Positions 17,852 to 28,310 are shown, numbered from the stretch's first letter. The stretch: DNA of 64,000 bases from Minisyncoccota bacterium (GCA_041663185.1 JBAZQY010000001.1:117298-181297); one strand, 5' to 3'. The notes: generated by a model not told the origin, from the letters alone. Numbers and translations are program-made.

Positions 17852-20035
17852 ATGTATTTAAACGATAATATCGAATCTCATTTTCGAATTGATATAAATC
17901 AAAAAAAAGCCCTCGCCAGACTTAGAATAATTACAATCCGCGATTTATTATATTATTTCCCTTCTCGTTATACAGATATTAGTGAATTTCGTCATATCAA
18001 TACACTCAAGGATGGTGAACTGGCCACAGTCATTGGACAAATTTCAAATTTAAAAACAAAAAAAGGATTCAAAAGCAAAATCCCAATGGGCCAAGCAGTG
18101 ATAACTGATCTAACAGGAAAAATAAATATTATTTGGTTCCATCAGCCATACCTGGCAAAAATGTTACGTGAAGGGACAACTGTCCGAGTAACTGGTAAAA
18201 TATCTGAGAGTAAAAATTATGGATTAACTTTAACTAATCCAGAAATCAGCAAAGAAGATATCTTGCCGATTGATTTACACGATTCTCTTTTTCAAAAAAA
18301 GGAATCCGGGGAACAATATGGGTTTCCTGTTTATCCTGAGTCAAAAGGAATTACTTCTAAGTGGATGTATCACGCAATTGGGAAAATATTAAAAAATGAT
18401 TGCGTTAAAAATATTCCCGATTACCTTGATAAGAAAACTTTAGAAAAATATAAATTGCCTAGCTTACACACTGCCCTTGTTTGGATACATACACCACAGA
18501 AAAAAGAGCACGCCGAGATTGCCAGAAAAAGATTTGCTTTTGAAGAAGTATTTTTTATTCAACTGGCCCGCCAACAAGAGCGAAAAAGATACGAAGAATT
18601 ATTTTCATATAAAATGGTGGTTCATGATAAAGATATAAAAGATTTTATTTCCAGATTTCCGTTTAAACCAACTCATTCACAAGAAAATGCAATCAAAATT
18701 ATTTTAGATGATTTAAAGAAAGATAAACCGATGTCGCGACTCATCGAAGGTGATGTCGGTAGTGGGAAAACATTCGTCGCCGCAACCGTCGCTTATGCAG
18801 TTATAAAAAATAGACCGGTTGGGGTTGATTTTGGAAATTTACAGGTTGCATACATGGCTCCAACGGAAGTACTGGCCGTCCAACTTTTTGAGAATTTTAT
18901 CAAATATTTTGAACACACTGGTATCTCTATTGCTCTTATGACCTCTTCTGGATGTCGTAAATTCCCTAGTAAATCGGCTAGTTGGGAAAATGGTAAGCAA
19001 ATAAAAACTTGGACATCTATTGCTAGGAATCAACTTCTTAAATGGATTAAAAATGGTGAAATCCCGATAGTTATCGGAACCCATTCCCTAATCTCGACAA
19101 AAGTTGAGTTTGAGGACTTAGGTCTTGTGATTATTGACGAACAACATCGTTTTGGAACAAACCAGAGAATGAAGTTAGCCAAAAAAGAAGGTCACTCGCC
19201 TCATTATCTTTCAATGACCGCGACACCTATACCTCGAACTTTAGCACTGACAATATACGGCGATTTGGATCTTTCAATAATTGATGAAATGCCAGCCGGA
19301 CGCAAGCAAGTAATAACCGAAATTGTGACTGAAAATAAAAGAGCTGTTGCCTATGAAAAAATTAAAAAAGAATTAGAGAGTGGCAGGCAAGTTTATGTTA
19401 TTTGTCCAAAGATTGATGAGAGCGACGATGAAGAAAAAATAAAATTAGATGTGAAAAATGTCACGGGCGAAGCCAAGCGACTCAAAAAAGAAATTTTTCA
19501 AGATTATCGGATTGAAATAATGCACAGCAAAATGACAAAAATCAAAAAAGAGAAAGTTATGAGTGATTTTTCTAAACACTTGATTGATATTCTTGTTTCA
19601 ACTTCAGTGATCGAGGTTGGAGTTAATATCCCAAATGCAACTGTCATTGTCATTGAGGGAGCTGAACGTTTTGGCCTGGCTCAACTCCACCAACTTCGCG
19701 GACGAGTTATTCGTTCAACATATCAATCTTATTGCTATCTTTTTGCTGACGCTAAAACAGAAAAAACAATAGAAAGGTTAAAGGCTCTAACAAAAGCCTC
19801 AAACGGCTTTGAGCTAGCTGAACTTGATTTGTCCCTCCGAGGCGCCGGACTTTTATCGGGAGATAAGCAATGGGGTATTACTGACCTTGGAATGGAGGCT
19901 ATGAAAAATATTAAAATGGTGGAAGCCGCCAGAACCGAAGCAATTAGTTTGATTGAAAAAGATATCGATTTGAAATCCTATCCCCTCCTTGCTGAAACTC
20001 TAAAACAAAAAAACATTAAATTGCATTTTGAATAA
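17852..20035 (+). CDS. recG: ATP-dependent DNA helicase RecG
   Basis: N-terminal wedge/OB region. SF2 helicase motifs are present (GDVGSGKT, DEQHRFG, ...QLHQLRGRV...). Confidence 0.8.
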   Translation: MYLNDNIESHFRIDINQKKALARLRIITIRDLLYYFPSRYTDISEFRHINTLKDGELATVIGQISNLKTKKGFKSKIPMGQAVITDLTGKINIIWFHQPYLAKMLREGTTVRVTGKISESKNYGLTLTNPEISKEDILPIDLHDSLFQKKESGEQYGFPVYPESKGITSKWMYHAIGKILKNDCVKNIPDYLDKKTLEKYKLPSLHTALVWIHTPQKKEHAEIARKRFAFEEVFFIQLARQQERKRYEELFSYKMVVHDKDIKDFISRFPFKPTHSQENAIKIILDDLKKDKPMSRLIEGDVGSGKTFVAATVAYAVIKNRPVGVDFGNLQVAYMAPTEVLAVQLFENFIKYFEHTGISIALMTSSGCRKFPSKSASWENGKQIKTWTSIARNQLLKWIKNGEIPIVIGTHSLISTKVEFEDLGLVIIDEQHRFGTNQRMKLAKKEGHSPHYLSMTATPIPRTLALTIYGDLDLSIIDEMPAGRKQVITEIVTENKRAVAYEKIKKELESGRQVYVICPKIDESDDEEKIKLDVKNVTGEAKRLKKEIFQDYRIEIMHSKMTKIKKEKVMSDFSKHLIDILVSTSVIEVGVNIPNATVIVIEGAERFGLAQLHQLRGRVIRSTYQSYCYLFADAKTEKTIERLKALTKASNGFELAELDLSLRGAGLLSGDKQWGITDLGMEAMKNIKMVEAARTEAISLIEKDIDLKSYPLLAETLKQKNIKLHFE

Positions 20036-20064
20036 AAAAACACCTTAATGTAAGGTGTTTTTTT
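20034..20064. terminator. Bidirectional intrinsic terminator
   Basis: aaaaaaa-cacctta-atg-taaggtg-ttttttt. Confidence 0.6.
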
Positions 20065-20079
20065 ATTATTTCAAAACAA

Positions 20080-20640
20080 TTAAGCCGTTTGCGTTTTTTG
20101 TCCCATTAATTTTTTTACTTTTTTAACTTCATTTATTCCTTCTCTCACTAGATGAATAGTACCAGCTATCCCTACTGCAACTACCCCCTCAAGAACAATT
20201 TTACAGATAGCATCTAGTTGTTGAACTTTAGCAGGTATTTCTTCTACATGTGTTATAGGGGCCAAAGCTTCTAGAGCTGTTAGATTACTATTTTGCATAA
20301 TATTACGAAGATTATCAGCATAATTCAAATCGTGAAGCGTGACACCCTCAAAAAGATAGCGACTAGCAAGAGCAGAAAGAAAAGCTACAGTTAATAATAC
20401 ACCTCCAGCTATTAGGTTTTCTTTTCGAGTTTTTTTAGCTTCCTCCTGCATCTTATCTAATTCATATTGAGACATTCCCCTAACAGCAGTTTGTATTCCT
20501 TTTTCTTGTCCAACCTCATTATATAATTTTTCAACTTCATTAAGTTTATTTTCAATTCCTTCAATCCTTATCTCTGGAGATTTTGATTTTAATTCTTGGG
20601 ATTCTGGAATATTTTGTTTTATATTTTTTTGTTTTTCCAT
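20080..20640 (-). CDS. Hypothetical membrane protein with coiled-coil N-terminus
   Basis: One TM helix (LIAGGVLLTVAFLSALASRYLF). A sigma70-like promoter (TTGACA-16-TAGAAT) lies at ~20846-20878 on the minus strand. Confidence 0.4.
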   Translation of the reverse strand: MEKQKNIKQNIPESQELKSKSPEIRIEGIENKLNEVEKLYNEVGQEKGIQTAVRGMSQYELDKMQEEAKKTRKENLIAGGVLLTVAFLSALASRYLFEGVTLHDLNYADNLRNIMQNSNLTALEALAPITHVEEIPAKVQQLDAICKIVLEGVVAVGIAGTIHLVREGINEVKKVKKLMGQKTQTA

Positions 20641-20990
20641 ATTAAAATACTAGACTTTTAATTTTGTTTCGACTGTTTTTCTTTTACGGCTTCTAATAGA
20701 ATTTTCATAGCATCTAAGGAAGCATCGAGGGCTATAAGCAAAGAATTTTTTTCTTCTTCTGTCGCTTCGCCTCTTTTTATTTTATCCAAAAGCTCTTTAT
20801 ATTCATCCATAATTTTAATGAATTAGTTTTATAATATCCATATTCTACACCCCCAACGGGGATTGTCAAACTTTGATTGAAAATCCTAACATAGAAATTG
20901 ACACCAAAAATAAATTCCTGTCATTGCTCAAAATTTTAGTGGTCCTGTCTTTTTTATCAAAAAACTTCAAACCGTATTTTGAATAAAAAA

Positions 20991-21653
20991 TTAAATTTCC
21001 TTATATATTTCAAGTTTTTGTTTTATTGATTTTATAACTTGATTAAGAAACTCCCACCGCTTAGGATCAACATCTTCTCCTGGTGCATTCTTTAATTCAT
21101 ATCCTAAAATTTTTGCCATGTATTCCGCAGCTTCGTTTACATTTATTATAAATTGTTTATTCGAAGGTAATTGCTTAACTTGTTCATTTGTTCCAACCTG
21201 TGATTTCCATATATCATCATTAAATAATTTCTGTTGTTCTTCATTAAGCAAATTGTCATAAAGATATTCCGGTAATACTTGATTCAGATATTCCATCATT
21301 TTTTTTATTTCAGGAATATCATAACCCCTTTTGGAATCTTCCGTCTTTCCTTTTATTAACCAAGATCCTCTGTTACCAAAAAATGGGTACCATTCTCCCC
21401 CAACCTTACCACTTGTTCCTCTACTACTTTGATAAAAAGGCACTTTTATACTATTTATATCTGCAATAACAGCTATTCTTGTGCCGGGTTGAACAATATA
21501 TCTCTTTCCTTCTGCGTTTTCATATAAAACTTTGTTTTTAAATAATTCATCTATCCTTTCCTTAAAAGGTAATCTCTTTTCTATTTGCGATAAATCGAGT
21601 TTCTTTTCTTTGTCAAAAAAATCGTCTTCAATTTTAGGTTGGTTAAAATTCAT
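20991..21653 (-). CDS. Hypothetical protein
   Basis: 220-aa ORF co-oriented with, and immediately downstream of, tRNA-Ile. No recognised motif. Confidence 0.4.
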   Translation of the reverse strand: MNFNQPKIEDDFFDKEKKLDLSQIEKRLPFKERIDELFKNKVLYENAEGKRYIVQPGTRIAVIADINSIKVPFYQSSRGTSGKVGGEWYPFFGNRGSWLIKGKTEDSKRGYDIPEIKKMMEYLNQVLPEYLYDNLLNEEQQKLFNDDIWKSQVGTNEQVKQLPSNKQFIINVNEAAEYMAKILGYELKNAPGEDVDPKRWEFLNQVIKSIKQKLEIYKEI

Positions 21654-21657
21654 ATTG

Positions 21658-21731
21658 TCCGCCTGCTACGATTCGAACGTAGGACCCTCGAGGTATAAGC
21701 TCGATGCTCTAACCAACTGAGCTACAGGCGG
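21658..21731 (-). tRNA. tRNA-Ile with anticodon UAU (AUA decoder)
   Basis: Acceptor CCGCCTG/CAGGCGG, D-arm GCTCAGTTGGTTAGAGC, anticodon arm TCGAG-CTTATAC-CTCGA, and T-arm CTACG-TTCGAAT-CGTAG. Confidence 0.75.
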
Positions 21732-21779
21732 ATTGGTTATAGAAATATATTACAGAAAAAACACTATATTTGCAAACTG

Positions 21780-21796
21780 CCCCGCCGAAGGCGGGG
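21780..21796. terminator. GC hairpin (terminator-like)
   Basis: ccccgcc-gaag-gcgggg followed by cagtttt. Confidence 0.5.
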
Positions 21797-21804
21797 CAGT
21801 TTTA

Positions 21805-21905
21805 GAAAACCGAGAATATTGAAAAATAAATGAGTGGGTGTGGGCGCGCGCCGAGCGAAGCGAGGTAGGGATAAGCGAGTTTATTTTTTAATATTCTCGG
21901 TTTTC
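21805..21905. repeat. Palindromic repeat element with conserved GC-rich core, copy 2 of 3
   Basis: gaaaaccgagaat-attgaaaaataaa-TGAGTGGGTGTGGGCGCGCGCCGAGCGAAGCGAGGTAGGGATAAGCGAGT-ttattttttaat-attctcggttttc. It is immediately 3' of ftsH. Confidence 0.8.
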
Positions 21906-21906
21906 T

Positions 21907-23823
21907 TTATATTGTGTCTTTAACTTTCGGAACTATCCCATTTGCAATGATAAGATCGTTGTATTCTTTTTGCTCCAGAGTTTCTACTTCAATTAATTTC
22001 TTTGCAATTACATCGAGAATATTTTTCTTCTCTAAGAGAATTCTTTTTGCTTCGGCAAGTGAATTATTCATTATTTTTGCAACTTCAGCATCAATGACTG
22101 AACTCATCTTCTCAGAATACTCTTTGTCGTCTACTCCTTGACCAAACATAACTCGTCCACCATCCCCTTCAAGAGCAATCGGGCCAATTTCATCACTCAT
22201 TCCCCAGCGAGTAACCATTGCACGAGCAAGATTTGTCGCCACCTGTAAATCATTCGATGGGCCTGTTGTAATATCTCCGAAAATCATCTCTTCGGCCACG
22301 TATCCGCCGAGCGACATGGTAATGTCATCAATAAATTCTTTTTTACTTTGTAATCGTCGCTCTTCAAGTGGAAGTTTGAGGGTATACCCGCCAGCCCTTC
22401 CGCGAGAAACAATTGAGACCTTGTGTACTGGATCTGCATATGGAAGCATCGAGGCAAGCAATGCATGCCCTGCTTCATGATAAGCTGTAATTTCTTTTTC
22501 TTTTTTGGAAAGTAAATGACTTTTTCGCTCTGGGCCCATCATCACTTTTTCAATCGAACGAATAAGGTCAAATTGAGCAACTTTTTTTCTATCTTCACGA
22601 GCGGCAAGTATTGCTCCTTCATTCATCAGTGAATACAAATCCGCACCCGAAAATCCTGGTGTGCGCTCAGCGATAACTTTCAAATCCACATCCTCAGCAA
22701 ACGGCTTTTTTCTAGAATGAATTCCGAGTATCTCTTCGCGATCTTTTCTATCTGGTAATTCAAGGACTACCCGGCGATCAAATCGTCCCGGGCGAAGAAG
22801 TGCTGGGTCAAGAACGTCTGACCTATTTGTTGCCGCCATAACAATAACTTTCTCATTCGGTTCAAAACCATCCATTTCAACTAGAATTTGGTTTAATGTT
22901 TGTTCACGCTCATCATTACCTCCTCCGACTCCAGTTCCTCGCACTCGACCGACAGCATCTATCTCATCAATAAAGACGATAGACGGCGCGGCTTTTTTAG
23001 CCATTTTGAATAAATCGCGGACGCGTGATGCCCCAACTCCGACAAACATTTCGACGAATTCACTTCCGGACAAATGGAAAAATGGCACACTGGCTTCCCC
23101 AGCAACAGCCCTGGCTAGTAATGTCTTCCCTGTCCCTGGCGCGCCAGTGAGTAACACTCCTTTGGGAATTCGTGCTCCGATATCCAAAAACTTTTTAGGG
23201 TTACGAAGGAAATCTACAATTTCTTTTAATTCTTCTTTGGCTTCTTTACTTCCGGCTACATCTTTGAAAGTAACTTTGTTATTTTTATCGTTAGGGTCAG
23301 TAATACGTGCTTTTGATTGACCAAAAGTAAATGCTTGCATGCCCTGACCTTTGACTTGGCGAGTTAGCATCCAGATAAAGAAAACAATTAACAAGACGGG
23401 AATTAGAAATGGCAAAATATTTAGTAACCAATATCCAAAACCAGATTCCGTTTTGATTTCAATCGGAGTTGCTGAGAGTTCCTCGGGGGTTACTCCATAA
23501 TTAAAAAGTGTTTCCGAAAGAGAACTCTCTACTTCCTTCTTGGCTTTACCTTTTGTCTCATCTTTGAAAATTACATTAACATCACTACCAGAGACTTCTA
23601 TGCTTGTAAGCGTCTCAGTTTTGATAGCATTGGCAACATCAGAAATAGTTATACTTTTGATATCTTCTGGTGATTTAGTTAGGAAGGTGTACAGCAAAGT
23701 AATCCCCATAAAGATAAATATCGCGATAGTGATCTGATTTATAATGTTTGGCTTCTTGGGCATTTGGGGTAAGCCTGATTTATTTTTCATTTTTGGATTT
23801 ATTTGGTTCATTGGATTTTTCAT
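21907..23823 (-). CDS. ftsH: ATP-dependent zinc metalloprotease FtsH
   Basis: N-terminal TM helices. AAA Walker A GAPGTGKT, the second region of homology, and the zinc motif HEAGHAL are present. Confidence 0.9.
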   Translation of the reverse strand: MKNPMNQINPKMKNKSGLPQMPKKPNIINQITIAIFIFMGITLLYTFLTKSPEDIKSITISDVANAIKTETLTSIEVSGSDVNVIFKDETKGKAKKEVESSLSETLFNYGVTPEELSATPIEIKTESGFGYWLLNILPFLIPVLLIVFFIWMLTRQVKGQGMQAFTFGQSKARITDPNDKNNKVTFKDVAGSKEAKEELKEIVDFLRNPKKFLDIGARIPKGVLLTGAPGTGKTLLARAVAGEASVPFFHLSGSEFVEMFVGVGASRVRDLFKMAKKAAPSIVFIDEIDAVGRVRGTGVGGGNDEREQTLNQILVEMDGFEPNEKVIVMAATNRSDVLDPALLRPGRFDRRVVLELPDRKDREEILGIHSRKKPFAEDVDLKVIAERTPGFSGADLYSLMNEGAILAAREDRKKVAQFDLIRSIEKVMMGPERKSHLLSKKEKEITAYHEAGHALLASMLPYADPVHKVSIVSRGRAGGYTLKLPLEERRLQSKKEFIDDITMSLGGYVAEEMIFGDITTGPSNDLQVATNLARAMVTRWGMSDEIGPIALEGDGGRVMFGQGVDDKEYSEKMSSVIDAEVAKIMNNSLAEAKRILLEKKNILDVIAKKLIEVETLEQKEYNDLIIANGIVPKVKDTI

Positions 23824-23907
23824 AGTGCATTAGATTATACACGTAAAATGGATAAAAATAAAGGTCGTATTTTTGATATTATTGCTATTTGCTGATAACA
23901 TATAAGG

Positions 23908-24354
23908 ATGGCCGTATATATAGACAACAGAAAAGCTCACTTTAATTACAGCATCGAGGATACTTACGAGGCTGGTATTGAATTACTCGGGCATGAAGTC
24001 AAATCAATCAAGAGTGGAAGCGGGAATATTAACTCGGCTTTTTGTATCGTCCGTGGTGGTGAAGCGTATATCATAAATATGAAAATTCCTCCTTACCAAC
24101 CACACAATATGGATCTTGGATACGACCCTGAAAGGACCCGTCGCTTATTATTATCAAAAAAAGAAATAAAGAAGTTAGCGGATCAAGATGATAAAAAAGG
24201 ATTGACTCTCATCCCTATTTCATTATATAGTAAGGGTCCTTATATAAAAGTCTCTATCGCTGTGGCTCGCGGGAAAAAAGAATTCGACAAAAGAGAAACA
24301 ATCAAAAAACGCGAAACAGATAGAGAGATAAGGAGAACTTTGAAAACAGGGTAG
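23908..24354 (+). CDS. smpB: SsrA-binding protein SmpB
   Basis: 148 aa with a conserved SmpB core (…NRKAHFNY…GIELLGHEVKSIK…) and a basic C-terminal tail. It lies immediately upstream of tmRNA. Confidence 0.85.
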   Translation: MAVYIDNRKAHFNYSIEDTYEAGIELLGHEVKSIKSGSGNINSAFCIVRGGEAYIINMKIPPYQPHNMDLGYDPERTRRLLLSKKEIKKLADQDDKKGLTLIPISLYSKGPYIKVSIAVARGKKEFDKRETIKKRETDREIRRTLKTG

Positions 24355-24422
24355 GAAGTAGCAAGTAGTATGTAGTAAGGAATTAATTTCCCTTTCTACT
24401 TTCTACTTACTACCTACTACTT
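24355..24422. repeat. GTAG-heptad imperfect hairpin (REP-like repeat family member)
   Basis: Left arm gaaGTAGcaaGTAGtatGTAGtaagg and right arm cctttCTACtttCTACttaCTACctaCTACtt, built from 7-nt units GTAGNAA/TTNCTAC. Confidence 0.6.
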
Positions 24423-24428
24423 AATACT

Positions 24429-24819
24429 GGGGATGATCGGCTTCGACAAAATGAATCCTCTTATATATGCATGTAAAGTACCCAGGAATCTTTTAAAACT
24501 TCTTGGAAAAGACTAAGTGCAAACAAAGTCGCTTCAGTTCTTTCACCTTACTCTTTTGGGTTAGGTCAAAGAGCTCTTGCTTACGCCTAAACGGCTCCGG
24601 CAAGTGTTCATTCTTTTGACATCCGATATAAAGAGTGGGCATAATTTATCGGGTTACGATTTTACAAATGTCCGATGTAGAATTCGACAATTTAGGACTC
24701 GGTGTTTATCTTTCCTGTATGTCCTCTAGGATAAACATTTAAACCCAAGTGGACATAACAAACATGTAGAATTATCTAAGAGTTCCTTTTGCACGCGGGT
24801 TCGATTCCCGCCATCTCCA
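24429..24819 (+). ncRNA. ssrA: tmRNA (ssrA)
   Basis: 5' end GGGGATGATCGGCTTCGAC. The 3' T-arm GCGGGTTCGATTCCCGC plus acceptor CATCTCC pairs with the 5' end. An internal reading frame gca aac aaa ... gct ctt gct tac gcc taa encodes a tag ending ...RALAYA. Confidence 0.8.
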
Positions 24820-24865
24820 CAATTAAAAAACGTCCAGCAATGGGCGTTTTTTAATTGTGGAGATG
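24812..24865. terminator. 21-nt perfect inverted repeat incorporating the tmRNA 3' terminus
   Basis: catctccacaattaaaaaacg-tccagcaatggg-cgttttttaattgtggagatg. Confidence 0.55.
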
Positions 24866-25227
24866 AGAAAGCCAACTGCTTGGCTTTCGGCGGGAAGCGA
24901 AAGACTTTTCGTTATTTGCGAAGCAAATCGAAAAGTACCTGGCGATGTAATCGCCGATAAGTGTACTCACGGTCCCGCTATTTCTTGCGTGGAAATCAAA
25001 AGGTATACTGTCCTCGTAGAGGAAGATACTCAGACATCTCCACAACATTTTAAACCTTATTTTGTAAGGGTTATTTTACTTGACTTTTTTGTCAATCTAT
25101 GCTATCATTCTACTGGGTCAGTTCTTTGATATTTGGTTTTAAATTAAATTTGTTGGATTGTCTTTGCTCCCCTTTCTATGGAATAAAGACAATTCAATAA
25201 ATTTTTAAACACAAAAAACCAGAAAAA

Positions 25228-25725
25228 ATGAAAAAAATAATATTAACTTCAGAAACGGGATTAGAAATAATCAATGCCCTAAATAAAATTACTCAAAATC
25301 ATTATTTCACGATTGAGAAATGGTATTCAAATGAAAATCTTCCTTTATCTGATGATGATGTTAGTAATATTAAATGGGGGGAACAAAAAGATACTCTCAA
25401 AAATATCACCGTGAAAGCAGGATACACATCCGGAAAAGGTTACAATAGTGATTATGGTTGTATCGTTATGTCGCTATCACCCCTAGCTTTTGCGACACAT
25501 TTCGAAACAGGTTCTATTTTTTATATTTTTGATGATGAAATAGTTGTTGGAATATTAAATGGAAAAAATCAATTCCTATACAGGCGATATTCCATTGAAA
25601 AAGATAGCCCCGAAACTAAGAATCGCGAATACTGCAATCAGTCCGAAGCTGACAACTACAGGATGCATTTGGGTGAAAAGTGGGAAAATGACAACATGTT
25701 TGGAGTATCGGAAGAAGAGGATTAG
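25228..25725 (+). CDS. Hypothetical protein
   Basis: 165-aa ORF followed by a hairpin and T-tract at ~25726-25790. Confidence 0.4.
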   Translation: MKKIILTSETGLEIINALNKITQNHYFTIEKWYSNENLPLSDDDVSNIKWGEQKDTLKNITVKAGYTSGKGYNSDYGCIVMSLSPLAFATHFETGSIFYIFDDEIVVGILNGKNQFLYRRYSIEKDSPETKNREYCNQSEADNYRMHLGEKWENDNMFGVSEEED

Positions 25726-26116
25726 GCAATCCGCTTTTGCAGAAAAGGAAAATCCCTTTTCATTATGCAGAGCGGATTTTTCTTTTTATTCAATTCTCGT
25801 TGTAATACTAATAAGAAATTAACAAGAAATCACCTTTTTTGCTCTATTTTAGGAGTTTATTTAGATTAATGGTAAAATTACAAAAAATACTAAAACTATG
25901 AAAATACTAAAATATCTTTATTATTTTTGTGAACTTGGAAAAGATCCGTCGATATTGCGCACCAAATGACTGTCCTCATTTATTATGTCGAAAACGAAAA
26001 AATATTCATAAAAATGAAGAATGGTAAATACTTATAAAAAAGGGAGTTGGCATTAGTCAATCTCCCTTTTAAATTTTCTCATAAATTATTTATATCTTTA
26101 ACTTTTTCGTTTTTAT

Positions 26117-26416
26117 ATGCTACTCTTAAAGAAACTTAAAAAAATGGGAACACTGGAACCACTTAGTAGACGCACTCGCCTACTCTGGATGTATAATACT
26201 CTTATTCATCCACACCGTATCAAAATAATAATCGTATGTTTTGATTCTCGTGATAAAGCACTATATCCCTGTCATTTATCTCGTGACCAGGATGTTGAGA
26301 AAAAAATAAACAATATTTCAATCGAAACTCCAAATGTAATCATCATTGAGGTTATTGATTTGGATAAAGAACCGTTTGATGTATTCGATATGTTCGAGCT
26401 TGAAAATTTTTACTAG
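26117..26416 (+). CDS. Hypothetical protein
   Basis: 99-aa ORF followed by a bidirectional hairpin at ~26443-26480. Confidence 0.35.
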   Translation: MLLLKKLKKMGTLEPLSRRTRLLWMYNTLIHPHRIKIIIVCFDSRDKALYPCHLSRDQDVEKKINNISIETPNVIIIEVIDLDKEPFDVFDMFELENFY

Positions 26417-26510
26417 TAAAAATTTTCAAGCTCTTTTTTTATTACCAAAATTAAAAATTCCCACACCGAGTGTAGGAATTTTTAATTAAATAAATCTTTG
26501 TATTAAACAA

Positions 26511-26756
26511 TTACATAGGATTACTTGTTGGGGCACTTGTAGGCATTGCTTTAGCTTCACAGTGCTTACAATCTTTGCAGTGAGTAGCAACCAAAAAGAT
26601 TGCGGACAAACCAACTAGAATGTAAATGATTTTAGAGATTAGAGCATCTTGTCCTCCAAAAATCATTCCTACATCCCAACCAAAGAGACCCACAAGAAGC
26701 CAATTAAGACCTCCGATGATAACTAGAACAAATGCGATACCATGTATAACTTTCAT
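26511..26756 (-). CDS. DUF378-family small membrane protein
   Basis: GGLNWLLVGLFGWD motif and two TM helices, typical of DUF378. Confidence 0.55.
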   Translation of the reverse strand: MKVIHGIAFVLVIIGGLNWLLVGLFGWDVGMIFGGQDALISKIIYILVGLSAIFLVATHCKDCKHCEAKAMPTSAPTSNPM

Positions 26757-26864
26757 TTTTTTATTGTTAATTAAAAATTAATAATTCGACTCTTAGAACT
26801 TATATGCAGATATTATACCAAATATAAAAATCTTGGATAGCAATTTTTATGCTAAAATGGCATT

Positions 26865-28310
26865 ATGACACCACAACCAAAACTTACAGTTTCAGGATAT
26901 CGCGGGATTTGGGGAGAGAGTTTAACTCCTTTGATTATAGAGAATTATGTTTCTGCTTTTATTCAATTTGTGAAAGAAGATATAAATGATAAGCCGACAA
27001 TTCTTCTCGGGCGTGATGGTCGCGAAAGTGGCCCAGATATTAAAAAAATAGTGACAAGAACACTCCAGAAACTCGGTGTGAATTTCATTGATGGGGATAT
27101 TCTCCCAACTCCGACCGTTCTTTTCGCCGTCCGAAAACACAAATACGATAGCGCAATAATCATTACCGCTAGTCACAATCCGAGAGAATATAATGGACTA
27201 AAATTTGTAACCAACAAAGCACTTTTCACGGACGAAAAAGAAGTGGCAAAAATAAAAGAAAATTATGAAAAAATCACCAATAAAAATAAACTCCAACAGA
27301 ATATTCTTTCTGAAAGCACACATAAAACCCTACTGGGTTTTTGCTCTGCTCGGCCCGTCGGCCTGCGCAAGTCTTTCATAAAGAACATTCTGTCTTCGTT
27401 TATTAAAAAAATCAATTTCCCCAAAGAACACGCGGACCAAATTTTAAAACATATCAACGTAGAAAAAATTCGAGCTCATAAATTCAAAGTGGCTGTCGAT
27501 ATGATAAACGCTTCGGCTTGTGTCCTTGATCCATATTTATTTGAGCAACTTGGAGTCGAACTTATTCCTCTTAATAATATTCCTGATGGTAAATTTGCCC
27601 ATAAGCCAGAACCACTCCGAGAGAATTTAGGAGATATCGCGCAACTTGTAAAAGAAAAAAATTGCAACCTTGGCTTTGCTCACGACCCCGATGCTGACCG
27701 TCTGATTGTTATAAATGAAAAAGGTGAGGCCATTTCAGAAGAATATACTCTTGCCCTCGGGGTTGAAGCAATTCTTTCTAAAAACCATAACAATATCGCT
27801 GTTGTAAATATGTCCACCTCTCAAATGAATAGAGATATTGCCGAAAAATATGGTGGCAAATGTATCCGGACAAAAGTCGGTGAAGCAAACGTCGTTGCTG
27901 GTATTTTAGAGAACAATGCAATAATTGGTGGTGAAGGTGGTGGAGGAATTATTTACCCCACTATTAATATGGCTCGCGATAGTTTTGTTAGTTTGGCTTT
28001 AATTTTGGAATTATTGGCAGAAAGAGATCAAACTGTCACCGAATGTTTAGAAACACTTCCAAAATATGAAATGTGCAAAGACAAAGTGTCTGTTGTGGGT
28101 AGTTTAGAAGAAATGTATCTGAAGATGAAAAATCATTTCAAAAACGGAACTATAAATGAGCTTGATGGCCTTCGCCTCGACTTCCCTGATAACTCTTGGA
28201 TTCACTTACGACCCTCAAATACTGAGCCAATAGTTCGTCTTTATGGCGAAGCCCAGACAAAAGAAAGAATTACCGAATTATTCAAAGAAGCCCATGCTGT
28301 ACTTGCCTAA
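26865..28310 (+). CDS. Phosphoglucomutase/phosphomannomutase-family enzyme (GlmM/ManB-like)
   Basis: Active-site loop ITASHNP. The metal-binding loop FAHDPDADR is present. An unusual GC-rich in-frame segment lies at ~27316-27400. Confidence 0.75.
   Translation: MTPQPKLTVSGYRGIWGESLTPLIIENYVSAFIQFVKEDINDKPTILLGRDGRESGPDIKKIVTRTLQKLGVNFIDGDILPTPTVLFAVRKHKYDSAIIITASHNPREYNGLKFVTNKALFTDEKEVAKIKENYEKITNKNKLQQNILSESTHKTLLGFCSARPVGLRKSFIKNILSSFIKKINFPKEHADQILKHINVEKIRAHKFKVAVDMINASACVLDPYLFEQLGVELIPLNNIPDGKFAHKPEPLRENLGDIAQLVKEKNCNLGFAHDPDADRLIVINEKGEAISEEYTLALGVEAILSKNHNNIAVVNMSTSQMNRDIAEKYGGKCIRTKVGEANVVAGILENNAIIGGEGGGGIIYPTINMARDSFVSLALILELLAERDQTVTECLETLPKYEMCKDKVSVVGSLEEMYLKMKNHFKNGTINELDGLRLDFPDNSWIHLRPSNTEPIVRLYGEAQTKERITELFKEAHAVLA

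Noticed and set aside
17734-17868. 44-aa ORF (MKKELSKKHAIILLIIFIAIGGLILYKEDPSHNNFSPLDYVFKR) upstream of and overlapping the recG start
   Set aside because: It is a plausible small TM protein, but it is short, lacks any conservation evidence and overlaps recG. It was left unannotated.
20663-20815. 50-aa minus-strand ORF (MDEYKELLDKIKRGEATEEEKNSLL...) between 20640 and 20991
   Set aside because: It is short and below the ORF-track cut-off. It is possibly real, since it is followed by a promoter-like TTGACA-16-TAGAAT upstream, but it is unsupported.
24851-25129. Two mutually antisense ORFs (65 and 90 aa) downstream of tmRNA
   Set aside because: They overlap each other on opposite strands within a hairpin-dense noncoding block and include the terminator. 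I treated it as noncoding.
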